DNA from: Lentisphaeria bacterium
GTDB taxonomy: Bacteria; Verrucomicrobiota; Lentisphaeria; Oligosphaerales; JBFJXC01
Length of the DNA stretch: 64,000 nt
Direction of reading: 5' to 3'
NCBI GenBank assembly: GCA_041623325.1
Contig: JBFJXC010000001.1
Coordinates: forward strand, 1,456-65,455
A program made the position numbers and the translations under genes. Shown here in pieces: positions 53,188-60,976 of the stretch. The notes beneath the pieces were generated by a model. That model was not told where the DNA came from. It ran no database searches and was given only the letters and a program-made list of their open reading frames with translations. Each line of letters opens with the position of its first letter. Positions within the stretch are counted from its first letter, which is position 1.

Positions 53188-54714
53188 TCAGGCCGTCTTC
53201 CAGCTGCCCCCCCTCTTCTTTTTCCGCCTGCCCTGGCCGCCCTTGCGCCGCTTCGGACCGCGCTGCTCGAAACCCGCCAGGAAGGTCATGTTCAGGGCGT
53301 CGGCCAGGTTCGGGCTCTTCACGCCCCGCTTCTTGAGGTCGTCCTTGCCCTCCGCCTTCACCTTGCCCTTGGTGTCGAACTTGTAGGTGGGGGCGATCAG
53401 CTCGTCGCGCAGCTGCTTCCAGAGCGGATCGGACTCCTGCCCTGCGAAGCGGACCTGGTGGGTCCGGAAGAAACGCCGCGCCTTCCACCACAGCCAGTCG
53501 CGCAGCAGTACGCAATCCGCGTCGCTGTCCTCGGGAGCCTTCTCGCTGACCGTCGCGGGGCGCACCGGGTAGCCCTTGTGGCGCAGTTCGTCATACACCC
53601 CGGCCCCGATGCCGATGATGTCCACATACACCACGTCGCAACGCCATTCCTTCTGACGGGCCTCCACCCGCTGGCGGGTCTCGACCAGATCGCAGCCGTG
53701 CCACTTCTCGACATAGAGCACGTTGTCGCCCTCGCGGATCACCAGCGCCGAATCGTCGTCGCCGCTCCGGGCCACGTCCACGCCCATGATCCGCCGGCGC
53801 TTGGCCAGCGGCTCGTGCAGCGGCAGCGCCCACAGCCGGTCCACCCACGGCGGCTCCACGATCAGATCCGCCCCCAGATTGGCGAACTCGCCCTTCACCC
53901 GGATCTTGTAGGTGTTGCTGTGCTCGCCGAACTCCCGCTTCATCTCCTCGACCCACTGCCGGGTCTGGCGTCCGTGCGTCTCGACGGTGCGGATGTCGCC
54001 CAGCACGTCGGTGTAATCGTAGCGGTAGGTTTCCTCGGCCAGGGAATCCTCCGAAGAAAAGTGCATGGCGTGCCAGCAGGTGTCCGAATGGTGCACCCGG
54101 TGGAAATAGCCGGACAGCCGCGTCGGGTTGCCGGTCATCAGCCCGTAGCTGCCCGGGTCGCCCATGGCACCGCGGGCCACCTCGAACACCTCGTCGGGGA
54201 CCGCGCTGCCCTCGTCGATCAGAAAGAAGCACTGGTGGAACCCCTGCAGCGCGTCCGGATTCTCACGGCGGCTGGTCCGCAGCGTGGCGAACCAGCCCTC
54301 CGGATCCTCCTTGCAGCGCATCCGGTCGCTCAGCACCTCGTAGCGGTCCCGGAGCCACGGCAGCTTCTTCTTGCACACCGCCGCCACCTCGGGCCACAGC
54401 ACGTCCGCCAGCTGGCTGGCCGAACCGCTCGTGCACGGCACCCGGCACATCACGTCCCCGCCAGGCTGGCGGTGGCAGTCCAGATACCAGTTTACCAGCC
54501 AGCCCGCAAGCTTGCTCTTCCCGATGCCGTGCCCCGAACGCACCGACACGAAACGGCGCACCGGGATGGCCTTCAGAATCTCCGCCTGCTGGTGGGTGGG
54601 AACGTCGCCGACCGCCTCGATCACGTACGCCAGCGGGTTGCGCTTCCAGCGCTCCAGATAGAACGCCAGCTTGCCCAGCACCGCCTCGCAAGATTTTTCC
54701 GTGACGATCGGCAT
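53188..54714 (-). CDS. Terminase large subunit
   Basis: Walker A-like VRSGHGIGKS, Walker B FFLIDEGSAV, C-terminal nuclease-like region (MGVDVARSGDD...VYVDIIGIGAGV). Confidence 0.9.
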   Translation of the reverse strand: MPIVTEKSCEAVLGKLAFYLERWKRNPLAYVIEAVGDVPTHQQAEILKAIPVRRFVSVRSGHGIGKSKLAGWLVNWYLDCHRQPGGDVMCRVPCTSGSASQLADVLWPEVAAVCKKKLPWLRDRYEVLSDRMRCKEDPEGWFATLRTSRRENPDALQGFHQCFFLIDEGSAVPDEVFEVARGAMGDPGSYGLMTGNPTRLSGYFHRVHHSDTCWHAMHFSSEDSLAEETYRYDYTDVLGDIRTVETHGRQTRQWVEEMKREFGEHSNTYKIRVKGEFANLGADLIVEPPWVDRLWALPLHEPLAKRRRIMGVDVARSGDDDSALVIREGDNVLYVEKWHGCDLVETRQRVEARQKEWRCDVVYVDIIGIGAGVYDELRHKGYPVRPATVSEKAPEDSDADCVLLRDWLWWKARRFFRTHQVRFAGQESDPLWKQLRDELIAPTYKFDTKGKVKAEGKDDLKKRGVKSPNLADALNMTFLAGFEQRGPKRRKGGQGRRKKKRGGSWKTA

Positions 54715-54720
54715 GGGGGA

Positions 54721-55227
54721 TTAGTCGACTACCTGCCAGTCGGAAGCGAGTACATCCGTTTGCGAGGCGAGCCAAGGCACAATGCAATCATCTGCCGTCT
54801 TCATCAGCAGATAAGGCAACACCTTTGCTGAACCGCCGTTCTGCTCAGCAAACTTGCGGCCATGCACGCTCCAAAACGCTTCGGACGGAACATTCTTGGA
54901 GTCAGGACAACTGATGAACAAGAACATTCCCTTGCCATTCCAACCCTTGCGAGCAATCTTCGCACCCTTGCGGGCAGCCTCGATGGCAAAGCCGAACGTC
55001 ATGCCGTCAACAGGACGGTGAGCGCGGTCGAAAACTTCTTTCGGGGACCATGAGATATAACCTTTGTGGTCGGGATGGTTCGCGTTCGGCGAGTCCGTAT
55101 AGTCGACCAAGTAGCCCTCATCGGCCCCATCCTCGTCGGCTGGCAGTTTCCAACCTCGATACTCGTTGTACTCAAGCCGGGTCATGGGCCGGGCTTCGAT
55201 CTCTTTGACTCCGATAAACTTCTGCAT
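54721..55227 (-). CDS. DUF2829 (Tad2-like) domain protein with N-terminal extra domain
   Basis: C-terminus (FGFAIEAARKGAKIARKGWNGKGMFLF...LPYLLMKTADDCIVPWLASQTDVLASDWQVV) is a near-consensus DUF2829. Start at ATG 55227 (TGATG overlap). Low GC. Confidence 0.8.
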   Translation of the reverse strand: MQKFIGVKEIEARPMTRLEYNEYRGWKLPADEDGADEGYLVDYTDSPNANHPDHKGYISWSPKEVFDRAHRPVDGMTFGFAIEAARKGAKIARKGWNGKGMFLFISCPDSKNVPSEAFWSVHGRKFAEQNGGSAKVLPYLLMKTADDCIVPWLASQTDVLASDWQVVD

Positions 55228-55466
55228 CACTGATTCTTTTTTGTGATCGGGTTTCGCCGCCACCGGATAGCGAAATCGTTCAATATCCGATAGGACTCTT
55301 CTGCTGATTTCAGGTCGATTGGAAGCAATCCGTGTTTCTCTCGGGCCGGATTCACGGTATCTTCGATGTAGAGAACAAACGCCTCTTTTTCGATGAAGTA
55401 TTCTTCCCCAGACAGGCCGAACTTTATTTGCGGAACCGATTCAATGGCTTTTGCTTCGTCTGTCAT
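55227..55466 (-). CDS. Hypothetical 79-aa protein in the low-GC islet
   Basis: ATGA overlap at 55463-55466. No motif recognised. GC clearly below flanking genes. Confidence 0.5.
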   Translation of the reverse strand: MTDEAKAIESVPQIKFGLSGEEYFIEKEAFVLYIEDTVNPAREKHGLLPIDLKSAEESYRILNDFAIRWRRNPITKKNQ

Positions 55467-56113
55467 TGCGGGTCATCTCCCTTGGATGCGTACACAATCA
55501 GCGTCCGCAGATCCTCGACCTCCAGGCCGCGAACGGCGCATTCCTTCGCGTACGCCATGGCGCGGTCCCGAAACGCCGCCATCGCCTGCTTGAACGCGGG
55601 CCACGCCTCGGCGTCCTGGCGCTTCAGCTTCGACCGCAGAAACAGCAGCTCCTGACGGCAGAACTCAAGCTCGTTCTCAAGCTTGCTGCACCGCGCCTTC
55701 GCCTTGTTCGCCTCCTTGGCCACCTCCGGCACGTCGGGCAGTTTCCCGAGCGACCGGCTCAGACTCAGGTAGCTCTCCTGCAACTCCTGGTCCTGGTCCT
55801 TCGGCTTCGGGCTGCGCTGCGCGATCAGCTGCGCCAGCGTCTTGTCGTCCAGACTCGCGATCACCGCGTCCGGATCGCTCTTCAGCTTCTTGACCAGGGC
55901 CTGATCCAGCAGGCTCGAAAGCTTCGCGTCGGCCTCCACCTGCCGAGTCGCGTCGACCCGGTCCACCTTGCGCGAACCGTCCAGGTCGGCACGCACCAGA
56001 GCCTCGATGTAGGCGCTGCGGCTGACCCCGCTCCTGCCGAGCTTCGCGGCCAGCTTGTCGACCACCTCGCGGCTGCATCTCACGCTGAACGTGTGGTGGC
56101 TGTTCTCCGGCAT
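55463..56113 (-). CDS. Ribbon-helix-helix (CopG/Arc-like) plus coiled-coil protein
   Basis: Start at ATG 56113 (AAGGAAG SD) just after a terminator. HTFSVRCSREVVDKLAAKLGRSGVSRSAYIEALV fits the RHH pattern. The rest is a long helical region. Confidence 0.6.
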   Translation of the reverse strand: MPENSHHTFSVRCSREVVDKLAAKLGRSGVSRSAYIEALVRADLDGSRKVDRVDATRQVEADAKLSSLLDQALVKKLKSDPDAVIASLDDKTLAQLIAQRSPKPKDQDQELQESYLSLSRSLGKLPDVPEVAKEANKAKARCSKLENELEFCRQELLFLRSKLKRQDAEAWPAFKQAMAAFRDRAMAYAKECAVRGLEVEDLRTLIVYASKGDDPQ

Positions 56114-56132
56114 TCGCTTCCTTTCGCGGCAC

Positions 56133-56168
56133 AAAAAAAATCCCCGTCGGCTACTACACCAACGGGGA
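56133..56168 (-). terminator. Rho-independent terminator inside the prophage
   Basis: Minus strand TCCCCGT-(14 nt)-ACGGGGA followed by T8. Confidence 0.75.
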
Positions 56169-56214
56169 CTTACCGGACAGCGGGCCGCCTATGCGTACTG
56201 CGGGAACTTCTCTT

Positions 56215-56727
56215 TCAGCCGCTCCCCGCCGCCGTTCGTCTCGACGATATGCCACAACCGCTCGAATTTCCCTTCACTGGCGCTGAATCAGAGCCAAGCG
56301 CTTCGTCAACGACCGTGCCAAAGTCTTCGAACCGCCGCTTTTCAGCTTCCACATCATGCGCAACCGTCTGAGCCAGCAGAGGCTTGAGCGCCATCCCCTC
56401 AACCTGTTGACCAAGGATGCGGGCATGCCAGCGGGCCTCGCCGTCCGACAACGCTTGCCACGAAAACGGCTTCAACCGCACCGGGAAGTAGACCTGCACG
56501 GCATACTTGCCAAGCTCATCAATACGGTGGACGTCGATACTGGCCAGTTTGGACACCAGCCCGGCGGCGGCTTCAACGGCCTCGGCAAGCTCAAGTTCGT
56601 GACGCTTAACCATGCCGGCACGCATCTGGTCGAGCCTTTCGATCTCCTCTTCCTTCTCACGTCTTACCCGCTCCAGCGTGGACCGAGTCACCGGGAGCCA
56701 GCGTTTGATTTTCTCAAGCATCTTCAT
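56215..56727 (-). CDS. Hypothetical phage protein (170 aa)
   Basis: Start at ATG 56727, in an ATGA overlap with the upstream small ORF. Confidence 0.5.
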   Translation of the reverse strand: MKMLEKIKRWLPVTRSTLERVRREKEEEIERLDQMRAGMVKRHELELAEAVEAAAGLVSKLASIDVHRIDELGKYAVQVYFPVRLKPFSWQALSDGEARWHARILGQQVEGMALKPLLAQTVAHDVEAEKRRFEDFGTVVDEALGSDSAPVKGNSSGCGISSRRTAAGSG

Positions 56728-56903
56728 CGCTCCACCTCCGCAACCAGCTTCGTGCCCTTCGCCGCACGCTTCCGCATGATCCACCAGCACAGCCGCAGAC
56801 GGTCCCGCCAAGGCATCCTGAACGCATGCGCCAACACCTCATGCAGCTGGCGGTTCGCACGCTGACGAACCGCACGCTTAACTTTCCTGATCATCCTGCC
56901 CAT
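56724..56903 (-). CDS. Small basic protein (59 aa)
   Basis: AAGGAGA SD 7-8 nt before ATG 56903. MGRMIRKVKRAVRQRANR... Confidence 0.4.
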   Translation of the reverse strand: MGRMIRKVKRAVRQRANRQLHEVLAHAFRMPWRDRLRLCWWIMRKRAAKGTKLVAEVER

Positions 56904-56917
56904 CGTCTCTGTCTCCT

Positions 56918-57076
56918 TTACTTGCTTGGAAGCATCCGCCGGCAACGACCGCACGCCAGGAGCTTCCCGGAGGCCGCCAGCGACGGGGGGACCAGGACCT
57001 GCTGTGTATTCTCCGAACGGCCACCGCAGTACTCGCAAACGCGAACATGCGGACTCTTTTCCCGATTCATCTCCAT
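56918..57076 (-). CDS. Candidate 52-aa zinc-ribbon protein (below ORF-track threshold)
   Basis: GGAG 7 nt before ATG 57076. MEMNREKSPHVRVCEYCGGRSENTQQVLVPPSLAASGKLLACGRCRRMLPSK has a CxxC...CxxC pattern. Its TAA sits in the SD of the next ORF. Confidence 0.4.
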   Translation of the reverse strand: MEMNREKSPHVRVCEYCGGRSENTQQVLVPPSLAASGKLLACGRCRRMLPSK

Positions 57077-57273
57077 TGCACTTCTCCATGTGCTAGAAAC
57101 CGCGTTTTCAACATTTCGCCGGAGGGGGCAACCCTACGTCGGGGCCCCCGCCCCGAGGGTCGCACCCCCCCCCGGCCTCCGGGGCAGGCTCCCGCGCCCG
57201 ATTCCGCCCCGTGCGACACACCTACACATTGGCAGTGTATTGCGCCGGGCACGAAACACGGCGGGTGCGCCGC

Positions 57274-57648
57274 CTATGCGCCAATCCGGGGGTCCAGGGC
57301 GTCCTCAATCCTGGGTTCGCAACCCGACTCGGAAGGAGAGGGGGAGGGCGACCCGGCAAAACCGGAGGCGTCCGCCTCTTCGTAGAGCTTTCTCCGCCCC
57401 TGAGCACGCTGTTTCCGACCCTCCGCGTGGCAGAACTTGGAACCGGCCATATAGCGCCTGTATCGCGCACAGATAGCGTCATACGCCTTGTACGGCCTTT
57501 CCGGATCGATGAGATTGCATGCGATGATAAGCCGCGCTTCCAGTTCTTCAGCCGTGGAGAATGTCCGAAACGGGATCAATCCCGCCTTTTCGAGGATGTT
57601 TCGCCGTGCCTGCTTGCGATGACCTCTCGCGCTTTTAATGACTGCCAT
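57274..57648 (-). CDS. Hypothetical phage protein (124 aa, basic N-terminus)
   Basis: ATG 57648 lies one nt after the upstream stop. No motif recognised. Confidence 0.5.
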   Translation of the reverse strand: MAVIKSARGHRKQARRNILEKAGLIPFRTFSTAEELEARLIIACNLIDPERPYKAYDAICARYRRYMAGSKFCHAEGRKQRAQGRRKLYEEADASGFAGSPSPSPSESGCEPRIEDALDPRIGA

Positions 57649-57649
57649 T

Positions 57650-58069
57650 TCACTCTCCCGTGTCTCGTTGCCTGCCGTTGAGGCGAGCGTTGTTGTAGTT
57701 GAGCACCTGCCCGAGCACCGGGTCCATGGTGATCGAGTTCAGATGCCTGCGAACGGTGCGGTCGGAGTACCCCAGCTTACCCGCTATCTCGGAGACAATC
57801 CTGTCGCGTCCCGTGATGCGCTGGCACTGATAGTCGGTGATCCACGTCAGCAGCACCTGGAAGCGAGTGTGTCCCTTGCGCAAATTGCGGCACATGTCCA
57901 GCAGTGTGGTCAGGAACAACCGGAGATCGGCAGTAGTGAGTGCCGCGTCTTGCGGAGCTGGTTGCGCCTGGTAAGCGGCGACGGCCTCGTTTAGCTCGCA
58001 TCCTATCGGCTTGGGATCGGATGCGTCTGCCAACTCGGGATGGCGTTTCCAGAATTCTTCGGGGGTCAT
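57650..58069 (-). CDS. HTH DNA-binding protein (139 aa)
   Basis: C-terminal RDRIVSEIAGKLGYSDRTVRRHLNSI is a helix-turn-helix (sigma region-4 / LuxR-like). First gene downstream of the iteron array. Confidence 0.6.
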   Translation of the reverse strand: MTPEEFWKRHPELADASDPKPIGCELNEAVAAYQAQPAPQDAALTTADLRLFLTTLLDMCRNLRKGHTRFQVLLTWITDYQCQRITGRDRIVSEIAGKLGYSDRTVRRHLNSITMDPVLGQVLNYNNARLNGRQRDTGE

Positions 58070-58087
58070 AACCTCTTCCTTTTGTTT

Positions 58088-58141
58088 GTTATACCTATTA
58101 ATAAATATTGTTATTGTTATACTTGTTATACTTTGTTATAC
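58088..58141 (+). repeat. Iteron block 1: 4 x GTTATAC
   Basis: Exact heptamers starting at 58088, 58116, 58125 and 58135. Confidence 0.9.
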
Positions 58142-58182
58142 CTCCACCCTCCTCTCTTCCCCTGAACCCCTTATTTACCATG

Positions 58183-58263
58183 GTATAACACGAAAAAAGT
58201 ATAACAAAAACGAAATGGTATAACATGGTATAACAGGGTGTAACAGGTATAACAAAGTATAAC
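58183..58263 (-). repeat. Iteron block 2: 7 x GTATAAC (inverted orientation)
   Basis: Starts at 58183, 58199, 58218, 58228, 58238 (GTGTAAC variant), 58247 and 58257. The last five are spaced 9-10 bp apart. Confidence 0.9.
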
Positions 58264-58307
58264 AAATATTTGCAACCCTTTGTAAAATCGCCAGTTGCGG
58301 AATCGCT

Positions 58308-58351
58308 GTTATACTTTGTTACACTCTGTTGCACTTGTTACACCGTTATAC
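58308..58351 (+). repeat. Iteron block 3: 5 x GTTATAC-like
   Basis: Starts at 58308, 58318 (GTTACAC), 58328 (GTTGCAC), 58337 (GTTACAC) and 58345, spaced 8-10 bp. The last two overlap the RusA 3' end. Confidence 0.85.
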
Positions 58352-58733
58352 TGTTGCGGGTCAATGTCAGCTCCACCCTCGGGCAGTCGCGGTCGATACC
58401 GAACGTCGGCGGCAGGGTGATCAGATGTTCGCTGTCGTCGTCCAGGAGCAGCCCGGCGTCGACAATGCCGTCATAGGCTGGCTTAAGCATGGCCAGATGG
58501 TTCACGTCGTCGCGTCGGCGCTTGGTGGCGTGGAGGAACGCGGCCCGGACGCTCGCCCGTTCCCATGGTCCGGACTCGATGCCCTCGGCCTCTGCCGCCT
58601 CTCTGGCCAGGCGGCGGTATTTTTTGGCCGCGGCCGCCTTTTTCATGCGCCCCCCCCTGGATGCCGGCGGCCTGTTGGGAGACAGGGCGGAGGGGGGCAG
58701 CGGCAGGACGATGGTCACGGTTTCGGAGGTCAT
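58338..58733 (-). CDS. RusA-like Holliday junction resolvase
   Basis: 131 aa. LPLPPSALSPN...KRRRDDVNHLAMLKPAYDGIVDAGLLLDDD fits the RusA acidic-residue pattern. Confidence 0.75.
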   Translation of the reverse strand: MTSETVTIVLPLPPSALSPNRPPASRGGRMKKAAAAKKYRRLAREAAEAEGIESGPWERASVRAAFLHATKRRRDDVNHLAMLKPAYDGIVDAGLLLDDDSEHLITLPPTFGIDRDCPRVELTLTRNSITV

Positions 58734-60976
58734 ACCAGCACCACCTTTTTACTGCTGCCATCCGCCCACCTAGCCAGCCCGGCTTTTACGAGCTGTTCCA
58801 TGGCGTCTTTTGCCGCCTCGGCGTTGGGATAGCGCTTGGTGTTGGTGTGCTGCACCTGCCGGATGGTGGCCCTGCCCTTGTGCTTGTCCCGGATGGCCTC
58901 GGCCAGGGTCTCTGCCTGCTGGCGGGCGTACTCGATTGAGGTGAACCCGTAGACTCTCATCTGTTCGGCCAGCGCCCACCGCGCCCAGGCGACCCCGGCT
59001 TTCGCGCTGTCCAGTTCGACCGGCCCGGTCATGGAGCCATAGCCGCCGCTGGCCAGGTGCAGGCCGCGATGGATCAGCATCAGCCGCCCGGCGACGACCC
59101 GCGCCTTGGAGGCGAACCCCCGCGCCTGTTCGTTCTCCATCCCGGCGATTTCGCCGGAGATCTCGTTGAAGAAGTCGACGTAGTGGGCCTTGGCCTCCGG
59201 GGTCAGGGTCAGCACGTGTGGCTGGTAGCGTCCTGTATTGGGGTCGAAGGCGGCGAATGGCCTCTTGCGGAGCCAGAGGATTGCCTCGGCCCAGACCCTG
59301 GCCGCGTCGTCGCTGACCTCGGCCTCCGACCAGTACATATCCGAAGCAGGCGGGCAGGTGATCAGCAGCCGGGGCACGAGCCCGGAGGCGAACTTGCCGG
59401 GATCGAAACACTCGACCAGTATTTTCGGCTGAATCCCGCCGAGCACGCACGTTGACGCCGCCGGAATGTGTATCTGCTCGTTGTTGGTCTTGCGGTCCAG
59501 GTGGTATTCCTTCGCCCCCCAGAACTCAAGCCACGTCTGTTCGTCGCCGCCGGACTTCTTGTAGGCGTTGAACGATTTGGCCCAACCGGCCAACTCGTCC
59601 CGGAACACCATCAGGCCGCGGGGACTTTCGGAGAGCCGGGTAATCACCGCTTCAAGCGTGGCGTCGGACACGACCGCCTTTTGCCCCTGCGGATTGAGCA
59701 GGGCGTTTTCCGTGTCCTCGATGGGGATCGGCTGGTAGAGCGGGGCGATCACCTCGGACAGCGGCCCGGACTTGTTCGTCCCGGACGGCGAGACAATCCC
59801 GACCCACAGCGTAGGCGGGACGATAAACCCTTTCTTGAGCTGCAACCGAAACGTGTTGCCCATGGCCGTAGCCGCCACAGCCAGCATGGGCAGCCCCGCG
59901 AACGATTCGTCCACCACATGCGACTCGGCCACCTGTCGGCAATAGTCGGCGATCTTCGGCGGGAAATAATCAAGAGGGAACGCGGGTCTATCCTGCATTG
60001 CCTCGGGTTCCGGCGACGCCTGACAACTGGCCAGCAGGTTGCTTGCCGACTCCTGGCCCCTGGCGATCTCCGCCAGGGCGTCCGCGCCGGATCTCAGCCC
60101 GAACTCATCCAGCAGCCAGCCGCGTGGCTTGGTTCCCGGCGTCCGGCGGGCCTCGGCCACCTTGCGCTCGAAGTCCTTCCGCTCGGACTGCTTCCAGGGC
60201 GGCGAGCAACGCGGATTGAATTCGGACCAGAGCAAGGAAAGGGCCGTGCCGTCGTCAAGCTCGAAGCCGACCACCAGAGCTCGCGCCGCCCAGAGCAGGG
60301 CGTTGTGCCCGCCCGACCCCTGAACAGCCGGCTCGCATTCCCGCAGATACCGCGACGCCCGTTCGATGATCGGCGTGCCTCCGACAGCGGAGACGGGAGC
60401 CGGGGCCGGGGCTTGCACCGGCTTTCGCGGGGCGATCCGCTCCCAGGGCGCCACGGTCTTCTCGGCAGGCGCGACCAGATCCAGCAGGGCGGTCGGGGCC
60501 TCGGCTATGGGCAGGTCGTTGGTCCAGCGATAGGCGTTGCCGCTGGGGTGGACAGAGGGCGGGGCCACGATGTAGCCGCCTTCGCCGCGCACGTCGATTC
60601 CCGCCCGCACGTTCTGCCGGTTGCGTACCTCGCGTTCCGGCCACGAGAAGAACAGATGCCGCCCGCCGCTGCCGGTGGCCTGCTCCAGCGTCTCCGGCAG
60701 AGCGCCGATCTCGGCTTCCAGCTCGGCCAGGGACTGAGCCCCGCGTTCGCCGTCGATGTCCAGCACCCAGCACCCGGCCCGCAGACCGGTGGCGATTCCC
60801 ACGTTCGCCTCGGGCGCGTCCTGCCACCACCGACAGACGGCGGCCTCGTCGGCGGTGGCGTCCAGGCAGCCCCGCGACCCCCGCATCGGGATCTTGCCGC
60901 GCGGCGAGACCCGGAACACCGGCCAGCCCCGCCGGGCGTAGGTTTTGGCCGCCTCAATTGGTTGTGACTGTTGCAT
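58730..60976 (-). CDS. Bifunctional DNA primase/polymerase (Prim-Pol) with DUF3987-like C-terminal domain
   Basis: N-terminus (AKTYARRGWPVFRVSPRGKIP...NVGIATG...VLDIDGE...GGRHLFF...GIDVRGEGGYIVAPPSVHPSGNAYRW) is the Prim-Pol signature. ATGA overlap with RusA. Confidence 0.88.
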   Translation of the reverse strand: MQQSQPIEAAKTYARRGWPVFRVSPRGKIPMRGSRGCLDATADEAAVCRWWQDAPEANVGIATGLRAGCWVLDIDGERGAQSLAELEAEIGALPETLEQATGSGGRHLFFSWPEREVRNRQNVRAGIDVRGEGGYIVAPPSVHPSGNAYRWTNDLPIAEAPTALLDLVAPAEKTVAPWERIAPRKPVQAPAPAPVSAVGGTPIIERASRYLRECEPAVQGSGGHNALLWAARALVVGFELDDGTALSLLWSEFNPRCSPPWKQSERKDFERKVAEARRTPGTKPRGWLLDEFGLRSGADALAEIARGQESASNLLASCQASPEPEAMQDRPAFPLDYFPPKIADYCRQVAESHVVDESFAGLPMLAVAATAMGNTFRLQLKKGFIVPPTLWVGIVSPSGTNKSGPLSEVIAPLYQPIPIEDTENALLNPQGQKAVVSDATLEAVITRLSESPRGLMVFRDELAGWAKSFNAYKKSGGDEQTWLEFWGAKEYHLDRKTNNEQIHIPAASTCVLGGIQPKILVECFDPGKFASGLVPRLLITCPPASDMYWSEAEVSDDAARVWAEAILWLRKRPFAAFDPNTGRYQPHVLTLTPEAKAHYVDFFNEISGEIAGMENEQARGFASKARVVAGRLMLIHRGLHLASGGYGSMTGPVELDSAKAGVAWARWALAEQMRVYGFTSIEYARQQAETLAEAIRDKHKGRATIRQVQHTNTKRYPNAEAAKDAMEQLVKAGLARWADGSSKKVVLV

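Noticed and set aside
56724-57089. Tracked 121-aa ORF taken at face value.
   Set aside because: The N-terminal 62 codons have poor GC3 and no SD at the right distance. Two better-supported small ORFs, each with an SD, explain the region: 56724-56903, and the zinc-ribbon ORF 56918-57076 in another frame.
30707-57219. Short exact matches between distant regions: GTGCGACAC at about 30707 and about 57211, and CAGGCTCCGGCC in element A/B and in the capsid hairpin at about 49300.
   Set aside because: 9-12-nt matches are expected by chance many times in 64 kb of GC-biased DNA on two strands. I did not treat them as related elements.
58098-58334. 78-aa minus-strand ORF inside the AT-rich gap. I also considered whether the repeats are a CRISPR array.
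   Set aside because: The ORF is a by-product of the heptamer repeats (Tyr/Asn/Ile-rich translation, no SD). The repeats are 7 bp, in both orientations, with 2-12-bp gaps. That makes them iterons, not CRISPR repeats with spacers, and no cas genes are present.
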